In this document: piece after piece, positions 40,253 to 50,823 of the stretch
Layout: every line of letters begins with the position of its first letter
Position numbering within the stretch: position 1 is the first letter of the stretch
Origin: Chitinophagales bacterium
GTDB taxonomy: Bacteria; Bacteroidota; Bacteroidia; Chitinophagales; JADIYW01
Assembly (NCBI GenBank): GCA_035515235.1
Contig: DATJBS010000031.1
Span: 53,523-117,522 of the forward strand
Direction of reading: 5' to 3'
Length of the DNA stretch: 64,000 nt
Program-made: the position numbers and the translations under genes
Notes under the pieces: model-generated
The model's input: only the letters and a program-made list of their open reading frames with translations
Database searches by the model: none
Told to the model about the DNA's origin: nothing

Positions 40253-41603
40253 GAACTTCTTAGTATTTACACTTTTATTTTGTTTTGCTTTTCTATCTTA
40301 TGCTAATGATAGTCAGTATGTTATTGTTAGTTTTAAGGATAAAGATTTAAGTAAGATTGTTTGGGAAGATTACTATTCTTCAAAATCTTTAGAAAGAAGA
40401 TTAAGACAAGGTCTAGATTTTAATTATCACGATTATCCCATCCAAACTTCCTACATCACTAGTTTAATAAATGCTGGATATCAAGTTGTAGATTCTTCGA
40501 GATGGCTGAACGCTGCATTAGTTCTTTTGTCTTCTCCACATGATAGTTGTTTTGATTCGCTCTCCGATTTTAGCTTTGTAAATAGCGTAGAGTATTTGGG
40601 AGGAAGAATGAAACAAGAGCAATATCATCTTTCTCAAGATTCAACTTATAATGAAGAAGAAGGAATTTTAAGCTCCGTTGCCATAAAATCTATCGGTTTA
40701 GATACTTTACATCAAGAAGGATATTTAGGAAAAGATATTACAATTGCTATAATTGACGCAGGATTCAAAGAGCTTCAACATCTTCAAAGATTCCAACATT
40801 TATATGAAGATCAAATTTTAGGCGAAAGAAATTTTATTGATTCTTCATTTTCAGTGTATTCAGAAACAATGCACGGTACTAAAATCATGAGTCTTTTTTC
40901 TTGTAAGAATGGACAAGAATTGATTGGAGGTTCACCAAAAGCTAATTTTTGGTTATTAGTTTCTGAAGCAGCATATGATGAATACCCTTTAGAGGAATTC
41001 TATTATGTAAAAGCTTTAGAGTTTTGTGATAGTGTAGGAGTGGATATTGTCAATGCTTCTATTGGTTACAATAGATTTGATTCCGTTGAGGATAGTTATC
41101 AAATTCATGATTTGTACACCAAACGATCTATTTCAAGTCGTGCATCTTCGATAGCTGCAAGCAAAGGAATACTCTTAGTCACGAGTGCCGGGAATGAAGG
41201 CACTTCATCTTGGAAAGAAGTCACCATACCAGCAGATGCAGATAGTATTATAGCTGTTGGTGCGACTAACTTTAAAGGAGAACCAGCTTATTTCGCTTCT
41301 TATGGAAGAGAAGGCGCGCAACTTGTCAGACCTAATCTGTCCGCCCCAGGAGATAAGGTTTATACATTGAATGAAAACGGAAGATTTACATTATCCTACG
41401 GATCGTCGTATGCTGCTCCATTAATAAGTGCTGCAATTGCTTGCTTATGGGAAAAATACCCAAGCATCAAAGCTTATGATATGATTCAATATTTAGAACA
41501 AACAGCTACTCATCACTCAAACCCAGAATTGCAAACAGGTTACGGATTTCCAGATTTGAAGAAACTATTGAGATTCTTGGATACGATTGATCAAAGTCGT
41601 TAA
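40227..41603 (+). CDS. S8-family (subtilisin-like) serine peptidase
   Basis: Catalytic triad contexts are IAIIDAGF (Asp), HGTKIMS (His) and GSSYAAPLISA (Ser). Confidence 0.85.
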   Translation: MPLNMVWNKNFLVFTLLFCFAFLSYANDSQYVIVSFKDKDLSKIVWEDYYSSKSLERRLRQGLDFNYHDYPIQTSYITSLINAGYQVVDSSRWLNAALVLLSSPHDSCFDSLSDFSFVNSVEYLGGRMKQEQYHLSQDSTYNEEEGILSSVAIKSIGLDTLHQEGYLGKDITIAIIDAGFKELQHLQRFQHLYEDQILGERNFIDSSFSVYSETMHGTKIMSLFSCKNGQELIGGSPKANFWLLVSEAAYDEYPLEEFYYVKALEFCDSVGVDIVNASIGYNRFDSVEDSYQIHDLYTKRSISSRASSIAASKGILLVTSAGNEGTSSWKEVTIPADADSIIAVGATNFKGEPAYFASYGREGAQLVRPNLSAPGDKVYTLNENGRFTLSYGSSYAAPLISAAIACLWEKYPSIKAYDMIQYLEQTATHHSNPELQTGYGFPDLKKLLRFLDTIDQSR

Positions 41604-41613
41604 GTTAAAACGT

Positions 41614-41850
41614 TTGTCATCCTGAAAGTAACGTTAGTGGATTGAAGGGTCTCTTAATTACAATGTTTTTGATACTTCGAGTGCAGTTCGACATTTCGGC
41701 AGGCTCAATGACCTCATGATCACTGTAAGCCTCAATATCCGAGATTCTTCACTTCGACATTTCGACACTTCGACAGGCTCAGTGACCTCAGGCTCAATGA
41801 CCACGTTGCTCAGTGACCACCTTCGTCAGACTGACATCTACCACTAACTT
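41614..41850. repeat. mosaic hairpin-module field, right copy
   Basis: It is inverted relative to 34803-34960. Internal direct repeats include ttcgacatttcgRca..ggctcaRtgacctca at 41687-41717 and 41753-41790. Confidence 0.85.
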
Positions 41851-41888
41851 AAAAACATTTTACGGTTGAACTTGAAAAGAAATAGCTT

Positions 41889-43214
41889 TTACGAAGCTCT
41901 CATTTTTGAAGGCCAGCTTTTCGTGATTCCAAATTGTTTCAGTAAAACTTTAAAGAAGGAGAATAATGGCATTTCATTAGGTTGTGGACTTTTGCCCTGA
42001 CCAATTCTTTTGAGTTGTCCAGTATAAAATGACACTTCCATTATAGCCATTTTATCTATCATAGGAATTCCTGTTTTGATTGGTCTTATTGGGAATTGTG
42101 CTTCTTGACCATTCAAAAATTTATTAGGTAAATCAGGTTCCACTGCTAATGATCGTGCTATCCCTGCAAAATCTGTTGCATTTGAACGGATAGCATCGGC
42201 AATACCTACTGCAGATTTAAAACCACCTGTTACTGCTAAAGGTACAGAGCTGATCTTTCTAGCTTTATCAGCAAAATCTAAGAAATAGGCTTCTCTCACT
42301 TTAGTGCTTTCTTTCATTTTTACGCCAGTCATAGCCGGAGCTTCGTATGTACCGCCCGAGATTTCTATCAAATCAATTCCTGCATTAGATAATTCACGGA
42401 TCGTATCTAATGATTCTTCTTCTGTAAATCCTCCTTTTTGAAAATCAGCAGAGTTGAGTTTTATGCTAATAGGGAAGTCTGGGGAAGTGTTTTTTCTCAT
42501 GGCTTTGTAAACCTCTAAGACAAATCTTCTTCTGTTTTCTGGAGAACCGCCCCATTGGTCTGTTCTGATATTATGATGTGGTGATAAAAATTGACTCACC
42601 AAATATCCATGTGCCCCATGTATTTGTACTCCTGTAAAACCTGCTTCTTGAACAATAGCTGCTGATTTACCAAATCTTTCGATAATGTCCCAGATTTCAT
42701 CTTCTGTCAATGCTCTTGGCGTAGCAAAGAATGTTTGCATTTCTGATCTAAAAGGAACTGCCGAAGGAGAGACATTTTCTTTATTCAGTCCTTTTGGGGA
42801 TTGTTTGCCAGGGTGATTCAGTTGAACCCAACAATGGGTATTATTTTGCGTTGCAGCTTTTGCCCAAGATTTTAAAGCACTTATATTGCTCTTGTCTTCG
42901 ATGACGACATTACCCGGTTCGCCTAATGCTCTTTTGTCTATCATGACATTGCCAGTGATGCAGATGCCTATGCCTCCATTTGCCCAAGTTTGATAAAGCG
43001 TTTTTAATTCTTCAGTGGGTGCGTGATTTCTGTCACCTAAAGCTTCACTCATGGCAGATTTTAATAATCTATTTTTTACTATAACGCCATTATTGAATGT
43101 AAATGATTGATTGATAATGTCTTTGGCTTTCAATTGCTTAGTTTTTATATGGTATATATGGAGTGAATATAAATCAATTAAAGTGAAATAATTCTTAATT
43201 AATTTAATCTTCAA
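41889..43214 (-). CDS. Old Yellow Enzyme-family NADH:flavin oxidoreductase
   Basis: VKNRLLKSAMSE, QLNHPGKQ, GVQIHGAHGYLVSQFLSP and RTDQWGGS are OYE motifs. The start is uncertain: the tracked start is TTG and there is no ATG near the expected N-terminus. Confidence 0.85.
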   Translation of the reverse strand: MKIKLIKNYFTLIDLYSLHIYHIKTKQLKAKDIINQSFTFNNGVIVKNRLLKSAMSEALGDRNHAPTEELKTLYQTWANGGIGICITGNVMIDKRALGEPGNVVIEDKSNISALKSWAKAATQNNTHCWVQLNHPGKQSPKGLNKENVSPSAVPFRSEMQTFFATPRALTEDEIWDIIERFGKSAAIVQEAGFTGVQIHGAHGYLVSQFLSPHHNIRTDQWGGSPENRRRFVLEVYKAMRKNTSPDFPISIKLNSADFQKGGFTEEESLDTIRELSNAGIDLIEISGGTYEAPAMTGVKMKESTKVREAYFLDFADKARKISSVPLAVTGGFKSAVGIADAIRSNATDFAGIARSLAVEPDLPNKFLNGQEAQFPIRPIKTGIPMIDKMAIMEVSFYTGQLKRIGQGKSPQPNEMPLFSFFKVLLKQFGITKSWPSKMRAS

Positions 43215-43369
43215 CGAAAGCTCAAGTAGAATTGTTTAGTTTTATTGAATAATAATTAAACAAAAATAATTAAGGTGATGTTTGTCAATATTATTTTAAT
43301 TAGAACATTTTGTATAGTGAATTTGCTTCTCAATTTAATTCATCATTTTTGTAATAACTCTTTGCTTTT

Positions 43370-45733
43370 ATGAAATTTAAACATCTTTTACTTTTTGGAA
43401 TCATTAGTTGGATTTCTGTGCTACATACTTTTGCTCAAAATTCAAAATATACCATAAGTGGATATATCACCGATGAACAAAATGGCGAATCGCTTATAGG
43501 TGCAAGTGTTTTTGTGGAATTAAAAGATGGAAGAAAAGTAGGAGCAACTGCGAATGTTTATGGGTTTTATTCTTTAGAGCTACCAGAAGGGAAATATAAA
43601 ATCAATTACGCTTATGTAGGTTTTGGGACAATTGTCAAGGAAATTAATCTTGAATCCAGTACTAAAATCAATATTTCTTTGACAGAAGGTCAGCAGCTTG
43701 CAGAAATTGTGGTGACTTCTGAACGTAAGAATGAGAATGTTCAAAGCACCGACATGGGCAGAGTAGAGCTAGGTATCGAAGCCATCAAATCAATTCCGGC
43801 TCTTATGGGAGAAGTAGATGTAATCAAAGCAATACAATTATTGCCAGGAGTACAGGCAGCAGGAGAGGGCAATTCGGGAATTTATGTAAGAGGTGGAGGT
43901 CCAGATCAAAACTTAGTGCTATTAGATGATGCGATAGTTTATAATCCTGGCCACTTATTTGGATTTTTCTCAGTATTCAATCCTGATGCAGTCAAAGGAG
44001 CTACTTTGATAAAAGGTGGGATGCCATCTTCCTACGGTGGTAGAATTTCATCTGTGATAGATGTGAGCATGAAAGAAGGGAATAATAAGAGATTTCAAAT
44101 GGATGGCGGTATAGGTTTGATCAGTTCTCGTCTGACTTTGCAAGGGCCTATCCAAAAAAACAAAAGTTCTTTCTTGATTGGTGCGCGTAGAACATATGCT
44201 TTTGACGTTGCTCAACCAATATTGAATAAATCAGACTTTAAAGGAACGAATTATAATTTTTATGATTTAAATCTAAAAGCTAATTATATATTTTCGGATA
44301 AAGACAGGTTGTTTTTAAGTGGATATTTTGGTCGTGATGTATTTGTTTATAATAATAAAGAGAATCAATCCAATGTAAGAATGCCGTGGGGAAATGCGAC
44401 TGCAACACTGAGATGGAACCATTTATTCTCTAATAAATTATTCATGAATACTACTTTAGTATTCAATGATTACAAATTTGCTTTCAATTTTAAACAAAGA
44501 GATTTTTCCATAGGAGCTCAATCAGGAGTAAGAGATTACAATGCTAAAATTGACTTGGATCATTATGTCTCTAATAGAAATAAATTAAAATACGGTTTCA
44601 ATTATACCTATCATATTTTCACTCCTAACTCGGGAACCGCTGTAACTGGCGACGTGGAATTTAAAACTACAGAAGGCAAGAAGTACGCGCATGAGCTAGC
44701 TTGGTATGTACAAGATGATTGGGATATTAGTGATAGATTCAAATTGACGACAGGTTTTAGATTGAGCATGTTTCAGCAAACTGGACCTTATACTTATTTG
44801 CCTAATGGTGTCTATGCTGGAGATACCGTTTTGTACAAAAAAGGTGAAGCAGTTAAAACTTGGTGGGGACCAGAGCCTAGAGTGGCTATGAGATATGCTA
44901 TCGATGGAGAGCAATCTATTAAAGCTGGATTTTCAATGAATTATCAATATGTACATCTAGTATCTAGTTCGAATAGTACATTACCTACGGATTTGTGGGT
45001 GCCAAGCTCTAAACTAGTAGAGCCTCAATGGGGCCTGCAATATTCTCTAGGATACTTTAGAAACTTCAAAGATAATGCTTACGAGTTTTCTGCTGAGATT
45101 TACTACAAAGACATGAGAAATCAAATCGAGTTTTCAGAAGACTTTATACAAGAATTGAATCAGGAAATTGAGACAGGATACGTTTTCGGAAAAGGAAATT
45201 CTTATGGATTGGAACTTTTTGCAAAAAAATCTAAAGGAAAATTAAATGGTTGGCTAGGATATACCTTATCCTATACTTGGAGAAAATTTGAAGAGTTGAA
45301 TAATGGAAACAAATTTCCTGCTAGATATGATAGAAGACATGATATTTCTGTCAATTTAGTTTATGAAATCAATGATAAACTGAGCTTAGGCGCAACTTGG
45401 GTGTATGCCACAGGAAATGCTTTTACTTTACCAATAGAGAAATATATTATTAATTTTATTCCTATTACAGGATATGGAGATAGGAATGCGTATAGAATTC
45501 CAGCATTCCACAGAATGGACTTCTCGATGACTTACGCACCTAATAGAAAGCCTGAAAAACGCTTTAAATCCGAGTACAATCTTTCCATCTATAATGTCTA
45601 TAATAGAAAAAACACCTATTTCATTTATTACAAAACAGAAGGAGATTTGATTGCAGGAAACTTGAAGACTAAAGCAGTAAGTGTGTCCCTTTTTCCAATC
45701 ATTCCATCTATTACTTGGAATTTTAAATTTTAG
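43370..45733 (+). CDS. TonB-dependent receptor with N-terminal CarboxypepD_reg-like domain
   Basis: Signal peptide, YTISGYITDEQNGESLIGASV (carboxypeptidase-regulatory-like fold), a plug region (IKAIQLLPGV), and a C-terminal beta-barrel ending in F. Confidence 0.9.
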   Translation: MKFKHLLLFGIISWISVLHTFAQNSKYTISGYITDEQNGESLIGASVFVELKDGRKVGATANVYGFYSLELPEGKYKINYAYVGFGTIVKEINLESSTKINISLTEGQQLAEIVVTSERKNENVQSTDMGRVELGIEAIKSIPALMGEVDVIKAIQLLPGVQAAGEGNSGIYVRGGGPDQNLVLLDDAIVYNPGHLFGFFSVFNPDAVKGATLIKGGMPSSYGGRISSVIDVSMKEGNNKRFQMDGGIGLISSRLTLQGPIQKNKSSFLIGARRTYAFDVAQPILNKSDFKGTNYNFYDLNLKANYIFSDKDRLFLSGYFGRDVFVYNNKENQSNVRMPWGNATATLRWNHLFSNKLFMNTTLVFNDYKFAFNFKQRDFSIGAQSGVRDYNAKIDLDHYVSNRNKLKYGFNYTYHIFTPNSGTAVTGDVEFKTTEGKKYAHELAWYVQDDWDISDRFKLTTGFRLSMFQQTGPYTYLPNGVYAGDTVLYKKGEAVKTWWGPEPRVAMRYAIDGEQSIKAGFSMNYQYVHLVSSSNSTLPTDLWVPSSKLVEPQWGLQYSLGYFRNFKDNAYEFSAEIYYKDMRNQIEFSEDFIQELNQEIETGYVFGKGNSYGLELFAKKSKGKLNGWLGYTLSYTWRKFEELNNGNKFPARYDRRHDISVNLVYEINDKLSLGATWVYATGNAFTLPIEKYIINFIPITGYGDRNAYRIPAFHRMDFSMTYAPNRKPEKRFKSEYNLSIYNVYNRKNTYFIYYKTEGDLIAGNLKTKAVSVSLFPIIPSITWNFKF

Positions 45734-45736
45734 ATT

Positions 45737-46684
45737 ATGTTTCGTAAATTCTTATTAATCTTATTCATATTCACAGTTATTATTTCTTGCGAAAAAGAAA
45801 TTTCAGTGGATCTGCCTTTGCCCAAAGACCAAATAGTAGTTGAAGGCTTTATAGAAAACGATGTTCCTCCATATGTATTTTTGACTAAAAACTCTCCATA
45901 TTTTGGAGAAGTTGATATCAATGATTTAGACCAGTATTTTGTAAAAGGAGCAAAGATTATAGTGAGTACAGGTACTGATTCTGTAGAATTGATGGAGTAC
46001 TCTGCTGATATTATTAATCTATTACCAGAAGAAGAAAAACAAATGCTTTCCGAAGTGTTTGGAGTACCATTAGATACGAGCATGAATTTTCCTAATATTT
46101 CTATTTATACTGTTCCTTTAGGAGTAGATTTCGTAGGAGTAATAGGCAAAACTTATGATTTAAGAATAGAAGCAGAAGGTAAATTATTGACTGCCACTAC
46201 ATATATTCCTCATGGAATTGCATTTTCAAAACTTTGGGTGGAGCCACATCCAAATCCTATTTATGATACTTTAGTACAGTTAAGAGGCATATTGAAAGAT
46301 CCTGATACCTTAGGTAATTTCTATAGATATTTTACGAAAAAAAATAGTCAACCTTATACCTTAATTAATCAATCCGTTTTTGACGACTTAATTTATAATG
46401 GAAAAGAATTTCCTATAGATATTCCCTACGGATTTGAAAGGAATTCTGATGTAGATTTTGACTTCAAAACTTTTGGATATTGGAATATAAAAGACACGTG
46501 TTATATTAAATTATGCATGATCGATAGAGCGCATTATAATTTTTGGAGAACACTCGAAAATGAATTAGCCAATCAAGGGAGTCCTTTCGGTTCATTTACT
46601 AGAATACGTTCTAATATTAATGGAGGAATCGGGATTTGGGGTGGATATTCTAGTTCAATGGGTATTTATTATCCTGAGGAATAA
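45737..46684 (+). CDS. DUF4249-family lipoprotein (partner of the upstream TonB-dependent receptor)
   Basis: Lipobox VIISC and a 3-nt gap after the receptor gene. The C-terminal GGIGIWGGYS motif is typical of DUF4249. Confidence 0.7.
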   Translation: MFRKFLLILFIFTVIISCEKEISVDLPLPKDQIVVEGFIENDVPPYVFLTKNSPYFGEVDINDLDQYFVKGAKIIVSTGTDSVELMEYSADIINLLPEEEKQMLSEVFGVPLDTSMNFPNISIYTVPLGVDFVGVIGKTYDLRIEAEGKLLTATTYIPHGIAFSKLWVEPHPNPIYDTLVQLRGILKDPDTLGNFYRYFTKKNSQPYTLINQSVFDDLIYNGKEFPIDIPYGFERNSDVDFDFKTFGYWNIKDTCYIKLCMIDRAHYNFWRTLENELANQGSPFGSFTRIRSNINGGIGIWGGYSSSMGIYYPEE

Positions 46685-46905
46685 AGCTTTAAAATCACCT
46701 CCAATCAACAAAAGTATTCTACTATTAGTGTTATGATAATATTATGATGTGATACTAATTTTGAAAAAAGTGGGCAAATGACCTATTAATTATGAATTTA
46801 TTATTAGTATATGCTAAATCTAAGTTATATCGAAACTGTTTTTTCCATAGACTGTTTTTTTTAATGTAACTTTGTAGCAAATTAATTTATTTAGTGATAG
46901 AAACC

Positions 46906-48666
46906 ATGGAAGGGTTTAAAGCACTGGGCTTATCAGAGGAAACGCTCGCTGCTTTAGAAAAAAAAGGCTTTACAAAGCCATCGCCTATACAGGAACTGAC
47001 CATTCCTCTTTTACTCAACGGAGAAAAAGACATAGTAGGACACGCGCAAACGGGATCTGGTAAAACAGCTGCTTTCGGAATTCCGATTATCGAGAAGTTT
47101 AATAGTAATGTTAGAGGTATTCAAGCATTAGTTTTGACACCAACAAGAGAATTAGCGTTACAAGTTACAGACGAGTTATTAAGTTACAAAGGGAACCGTA
47201 GAATGTGGTTCACTACAGTCTATGGAGGAGCTCCAATAGGTCGCCAAATCAGCGATTTAGAGAAAGGCACAAGCGTAGTAGTAGGTACTCCTGGTAGAGT
47301 AATTGACTTGCTGAACAGAGGGAAATTAAAACTTGACGAAGTCAAATTTGTAGTTTTAGACGAAGCTGACGAAATGCTTAATATGGGCTTTTTGGAAGAT
47401 GTAGAAACTATTCTTGCAAAATGTAATGTGGACAGAAGAATGCTTTTGTTCTCTGCAACAATGCCTGATAGAATCTTATCTCTTGCGAAAAGGTATATGG
47501 GTAATTTTGATTTAATATCTGTCAAAAGTAAAGAGTTGACAACTGAATCTATTGCACAATCTTATTTTGAGGTGCCAGCAAGAAATCGGTTTGACGCTTT
47601 ATGTAGAGTATTAGATATTGAAGAAGATTTCTACGGAATTATTTTCTGTAATACAAAAGCAGAAGTCATCGAAATCACGAACCACTTGAACGAAAAAGGA
47701 TATACAGCTGATTCATTACATGGAGATATAGCTCAAAACCTTAGAGAGAAAGTTGTTAGACAGTTTAAATCTAATAAATACGGTTTGCTAGTCGCTACTG
47801 ATGTGGCTGCTAGAGGTATCGACATTCAAGATTTGACACACGTTGTAAACTACGGTTTACCTCAAGACCCAGAATCTTATGTGCACAGAATTGGTAGAAC
47901 AGGAAGAGCTGGTAAAACAGGGAAAGCCATTGCAATTATCGATTCTAACGAACGTAGAAAATTACAATTTATCCAAAGAATTACTAAAGCAGTAGTAGAG
48001 AAAGGTAAATTACCTGATGCTTCAGAAATGGTCGCTATTAAAAAGCGTCGTTTGAAAGAGCAGGTTGAAGCTGCAATCGCTACTGAACAAATACATCCAT
48101 TCGTAGAGTATACTCAAGAACTAGTTGCTGAAAACGAACCTGAAGTTGTAATTGCTGCATTATTGAAAATTTTCCAAGGAGATGATTTAGATATTCAAGC
48201 ATACAAAGTCATTAAGGACGCTATCGAAAGACCTTACTCTCGTGATGATCGTGGATCAGACCGTGGAAGAGATAGAGATCGAGGAGACCGTGGAAGAGAC
48301 AGGGATCGTGGAGACCGTGGAGGAAGAGATAGAGATCGTGGATCTGATCGCGGAGACCGTGGAAGAGATAGAGATCGTGGAGACCGTGGTGGACGTGAAA
48401 GAAATTCTAGAGATGCAGGTTCTACAATGAGATTATTTGTTGCTAAAGGAAGACATGATAGTGTTTCTCCACAAGAAATTTTGAAAATCATTGCTGATGA
48501 GACCAATATCCCAGGAAGAAAAATTGACGACATTAAGATTTTAGATGCATTCTCATTCTTTACTACTAATAATGAAGACGGTGAATATATCTTAGATACG
48601 TTCAAGAAAATAGCAAGAAAAAATGATGAAAAACCTTTGATCGAAAGAGCAAGAGTTAGAGACTAA
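46906..48666 (+). CDS. DEAD-box ATP-dependent RNA helicase (DeaD/CsdA-like) with an RD/RG repeat linker and DbpA-like C-terminal domain
   Basis: Q-motif GFTKPSPIQ, then AQTGSGKT, DEAD, SAT and HRIGRTGRAG. ATG 46906 is preferred over the tracked GTG 46894. Confidence 0.9.
   Translation: MEGFKALGLSEETLAALEKKGFTKPSPIQELTIPLLLNGEKDIVGHAQTGSGKTAAFGIPIIEKFNSNVRGIQALVLTPTRELALQVTDELLSYKGNRRMWFTTVYGGAPIGRQISDLEKGTSVVVGTPGRVIDLLNRGKLKLDEVKFVVLDEADEMLNMGFLEDVETILAKCNVDRRMLLFSATMPDRILSLAKRYMGNFDLISVKSKELTTESIAQSYFEVPARNRFDALCRVLDIEEDFYGIIFCNTKAEVIEITNHLNEKGYTADSLHGDIAQNLREKVVRQFKSNKYGLLVATDVAARGIDIQDLTHVVNYGLPQDPESYVHRIGRTGRAGKTGKAIAIIDSNERRKLQFIQRITKAVVEKGKLPDASEMVAIKKRRLKEQVEAAIATEQIHPFVEYTQELVAENEPEVVIAALLKIFQGDDLDIQAYKVIKDAIERPYSRDDRGSDRGRDRDRGDRGRDRDRGDRGGRDRDRGSDRGDRGRDRDRGDRGGRERNSRDAGSTMRLFVAKGRHDSVSPQEILKIIADETNIPGRKIDDIKILDAFSFFTTNNEDGEYILDTFKKIARKNDEKPLIERARVRD
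48241..48405 (+). repeat. in-frame 27-nt tandem repeats encoding (G)DRGRDRDR units
   Basis: Units of gaccgtggaagagatagagatcgtgga start at 48259, 48286, 48313 (with a 3-nt insertion) and 48355. Confidence 0.85.
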
Positions 48667-48689
48667 TTCATCTTCATATTAAATAGGAA

Positions 48690-48715
48690 AAGGTCTTTGT
48701 TTCAAAGGCCTTTTT
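48690..48715 (+). terminator. intrinsic terminator after the helicase gene
   Basis: ggtctttg/caaaggcc stem followed by T5. Confidence 0.6.
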
Positions 48716-48859
48716 CTGTTATAAGCGGTTCATATCAGATAAATTTATATTTTGAAATTATATTGAGCCGTTTTTGAGATAAATGATGCTAAAAATCAAT
48801 AGAATAGATAATTTAATGCTTGCAACTCCAATACTTTATATAACTTTGCACCCATTCTT

Positions 48860-50791
48860 ATGAATCAGATTAAAATTACATTTCCTGATGGTGCAGTGCG
48901 TGAATATGCACAAGGGGTAACTGCAATTGAAATTGCAAAATCCATCAGTAATTCATTAGCAAAGAAAGTATTGTCTGCTAAGGTGAATGAAGAAGTTTGG
49001 GATGCCAATAGACCTATTAATAACCATAGCGCAGTACAATTACTGACGTGGGATAATACGGAAGGCAAATCGACTTTTTGGCACTCATCAGCACACTTAC
49101 TTGCAGAAGCATTAGAAGCTACTTTTGAAGGAGTGAAGTTGGGCATTGGTCCACCGATTGAAAATGGTTTTTACTATGATGTAGATTTTGGTGATACTGT
49201 TTTCTCTTCTAAAGACTTCGAAGCATTAGAGAAGAAAATGCAACAATTAGCTGATAAAAAAAGCGAATTTGTAAGAGAAGAAGTCTCTAAGGCAGATGCT
49301 ATCACTTATTTTAGAGAAAAAGGCGATCAGTATAAATTAGAATTGATAGGCGGATTAGAAGACGGTCAAATTACTTTTTACAAACAAGGTAATTTTACAG
49401 ACTTATGTAGAGGTCCACATATTCCCAATACAGGTTTTATCAAAGCCATCAAGCTGACGAAAGTTGCTGGTGCGTATTGGAGAGGAGATGAGACTCGTCC
49501 ACAATTGACAAGAATCTACGGTATCACTTTTCCTAAGCAAGAAGAACTTGAAGCCTATAATAAACTTATAGAAGAAGCTTTAAAAAGAGATCATAGAAAA
49601 TTAGGTAGAGAGCTAGAATTGTTTGCTTTCTCTGACAAAGTCGGTATGGGATTACCATTATGGTTGCCTAATGGTACTATTGTAAGAGAGAAATTAGTAG
49701 ATTTCTTAAAGAACGAACAAATCAAAAGAGGCTATCAACCAGTGGTAACTCCGCATATAGGTAAAAAAGATTTGTACGTGACTTCTGGTCATTATGAGAA
49801 ATATGGTAAAGATGCATTTCAACCTATTTTGACACCAGAGGAAAATGAAGAGTTCTACCTCAAACCGATGAACTGCCCTCATCATTGTGAAATCTATAAA
49901 TTTGTTCCTAAGTCATATAAAGAACTGCCTTATAGAATAGCAGAGTTTGGAACAGTATATCGTTATGAGCAAAGTGGTGAATTACATGGATTGACAAGAG
50001 TAAGAGGATTTACTCAAGACGATGCACATATTTTTTGTACTGCAGATCAATTAAAAAACGAGTTTAAAGAAGTGATTTCACTCACCAAATTTGTATTCAA
50101 TAAATTAGGTTTTGAAAACTATACAGCTCAAATATCTTTAAGAGATCCAGAGAATAAAGCCAAGTATATTGGTTCTGATGAGAATTGGGAAAAAGCAGAG
50201 TCTGCTATTATAGAAGCTACAGAAGAGATGGGTTTAGAAACCGTCACTGAATATGGAGAAGCTGCATTTTATGGTCCGAAATTGGACTTTATGGTGAAAG
50301 ATGCCATTGGACGTTCTTGGCAGCTAGGAACTATCCAAGTAGATTATAATTTACCCGAAAGATTCGAATTAGAATATATCGGTTCTGACAATGAAAAGCA
50401 TAGGCCAATTATGATTCATAGAGCGCCATTTGGTTCTTTAGAACGTTTTATGGCTATCTTAATAGAGCATTGTGCAGGAAATTTCCCTGTGTGGCTAGCT
50501 CCTAAACAAGTTAACATTTTACCTATAAGTGATAAATTCTTGCCATATTGTGAAGAGATCTTGAAAGATTTACAAGCATTAGACATTAGAGCAAGTATTG
50601 ATACAAGAACAGAAAAAATTGGAAGAAAAATTCGAGATGCGGAAGTTTCTAAAACTCCTTATATGTTGATTATTGGCGAAAAAGAAGTAGAGCAAAATGT
50701 ACTTTCAGTTCGTCGTCACGGTCAAGGTGACAAAGGTCAATTAAGTAAGGAAGAATTTAAGAAACTGCTATTAGATGAAATCTCTCAATAA
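48860..50791 (+). CDS. thrS: threonine--tRNA ligase
   Basis: TGS N-terminus, the editing-domain [10 protein letters not shown], class II motifs ([21 protein letters not shown]) and an anticodon-binding C-terminus. Confidence 0.97.
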   Translation: MNQIKITFPDGAVREYAQGVTAIEIAKSISNSLAKKVLSAKVNEEVWDANRPINNHSAVQLLTWDNTEGKSTFWHSSAHLLAEALEATFEGVKLGIGPPIENGFYYDVDFGDTVFSSKDFEALEKKMQQLADKKSEFVREEVSKADAITYFREKGDQYKLELIGGLEDGQITFYKQGNFTDLCRGPHIPNTGFIKAIKLTKVAGAYWRGDETRPQLTRIYGITFPKQEELEAYNKLIEEALKRDHRKLGRELELFAFSDKVGMGLPLWLPNGTIVREKLVDFLKNEQIKRGYQPVVTPHIGKKDLYVTSGHYEKYGKDAFQPILTPEENEEFYLKPMNCPHHCEIYKFVPKSYKELPYRIAEFGTVYRYEQSGELHGLTRVRGFTQDDAHIFCTADQLKNEFKEVISLTKFVFNKLGFENYTAQISLRDPENKAKYIGSDENWEKAESAIIEATEEMGLETVTEYGEAAFYGPKLDFMVKDAIGRSWQLGTIQVDYNLPERFELEYIGSDNEKHRPIMIHRAPFGSLERFMAILIEHCAGNFPVWLAPKQVNILPISDKFLPYCEEILKDLQALDIRASIDTRTEKIGRKIRDAEVSKTPYMLIIGEKEVEQNVLSVRRHGQGDKGQLSKEEFKKLLLDEISQ

Positions 50792-50823
50792 TTTATTATT
50801 TTTGCAAAAAAACTAGATATAAT

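Noticed and set aside
48667-48859. Leader or riboswitch-type elements upstream of thrS, and likewise upstream of the cysH-like gene (37670-37798) and the TonB-dependent receptor (43215-43369)
   Set aside because: These spacers are plain AT-rich sequence. I could not see any conserved riboswitch cores (SAM, cobalamin, T-box specifier or T-box sequence).
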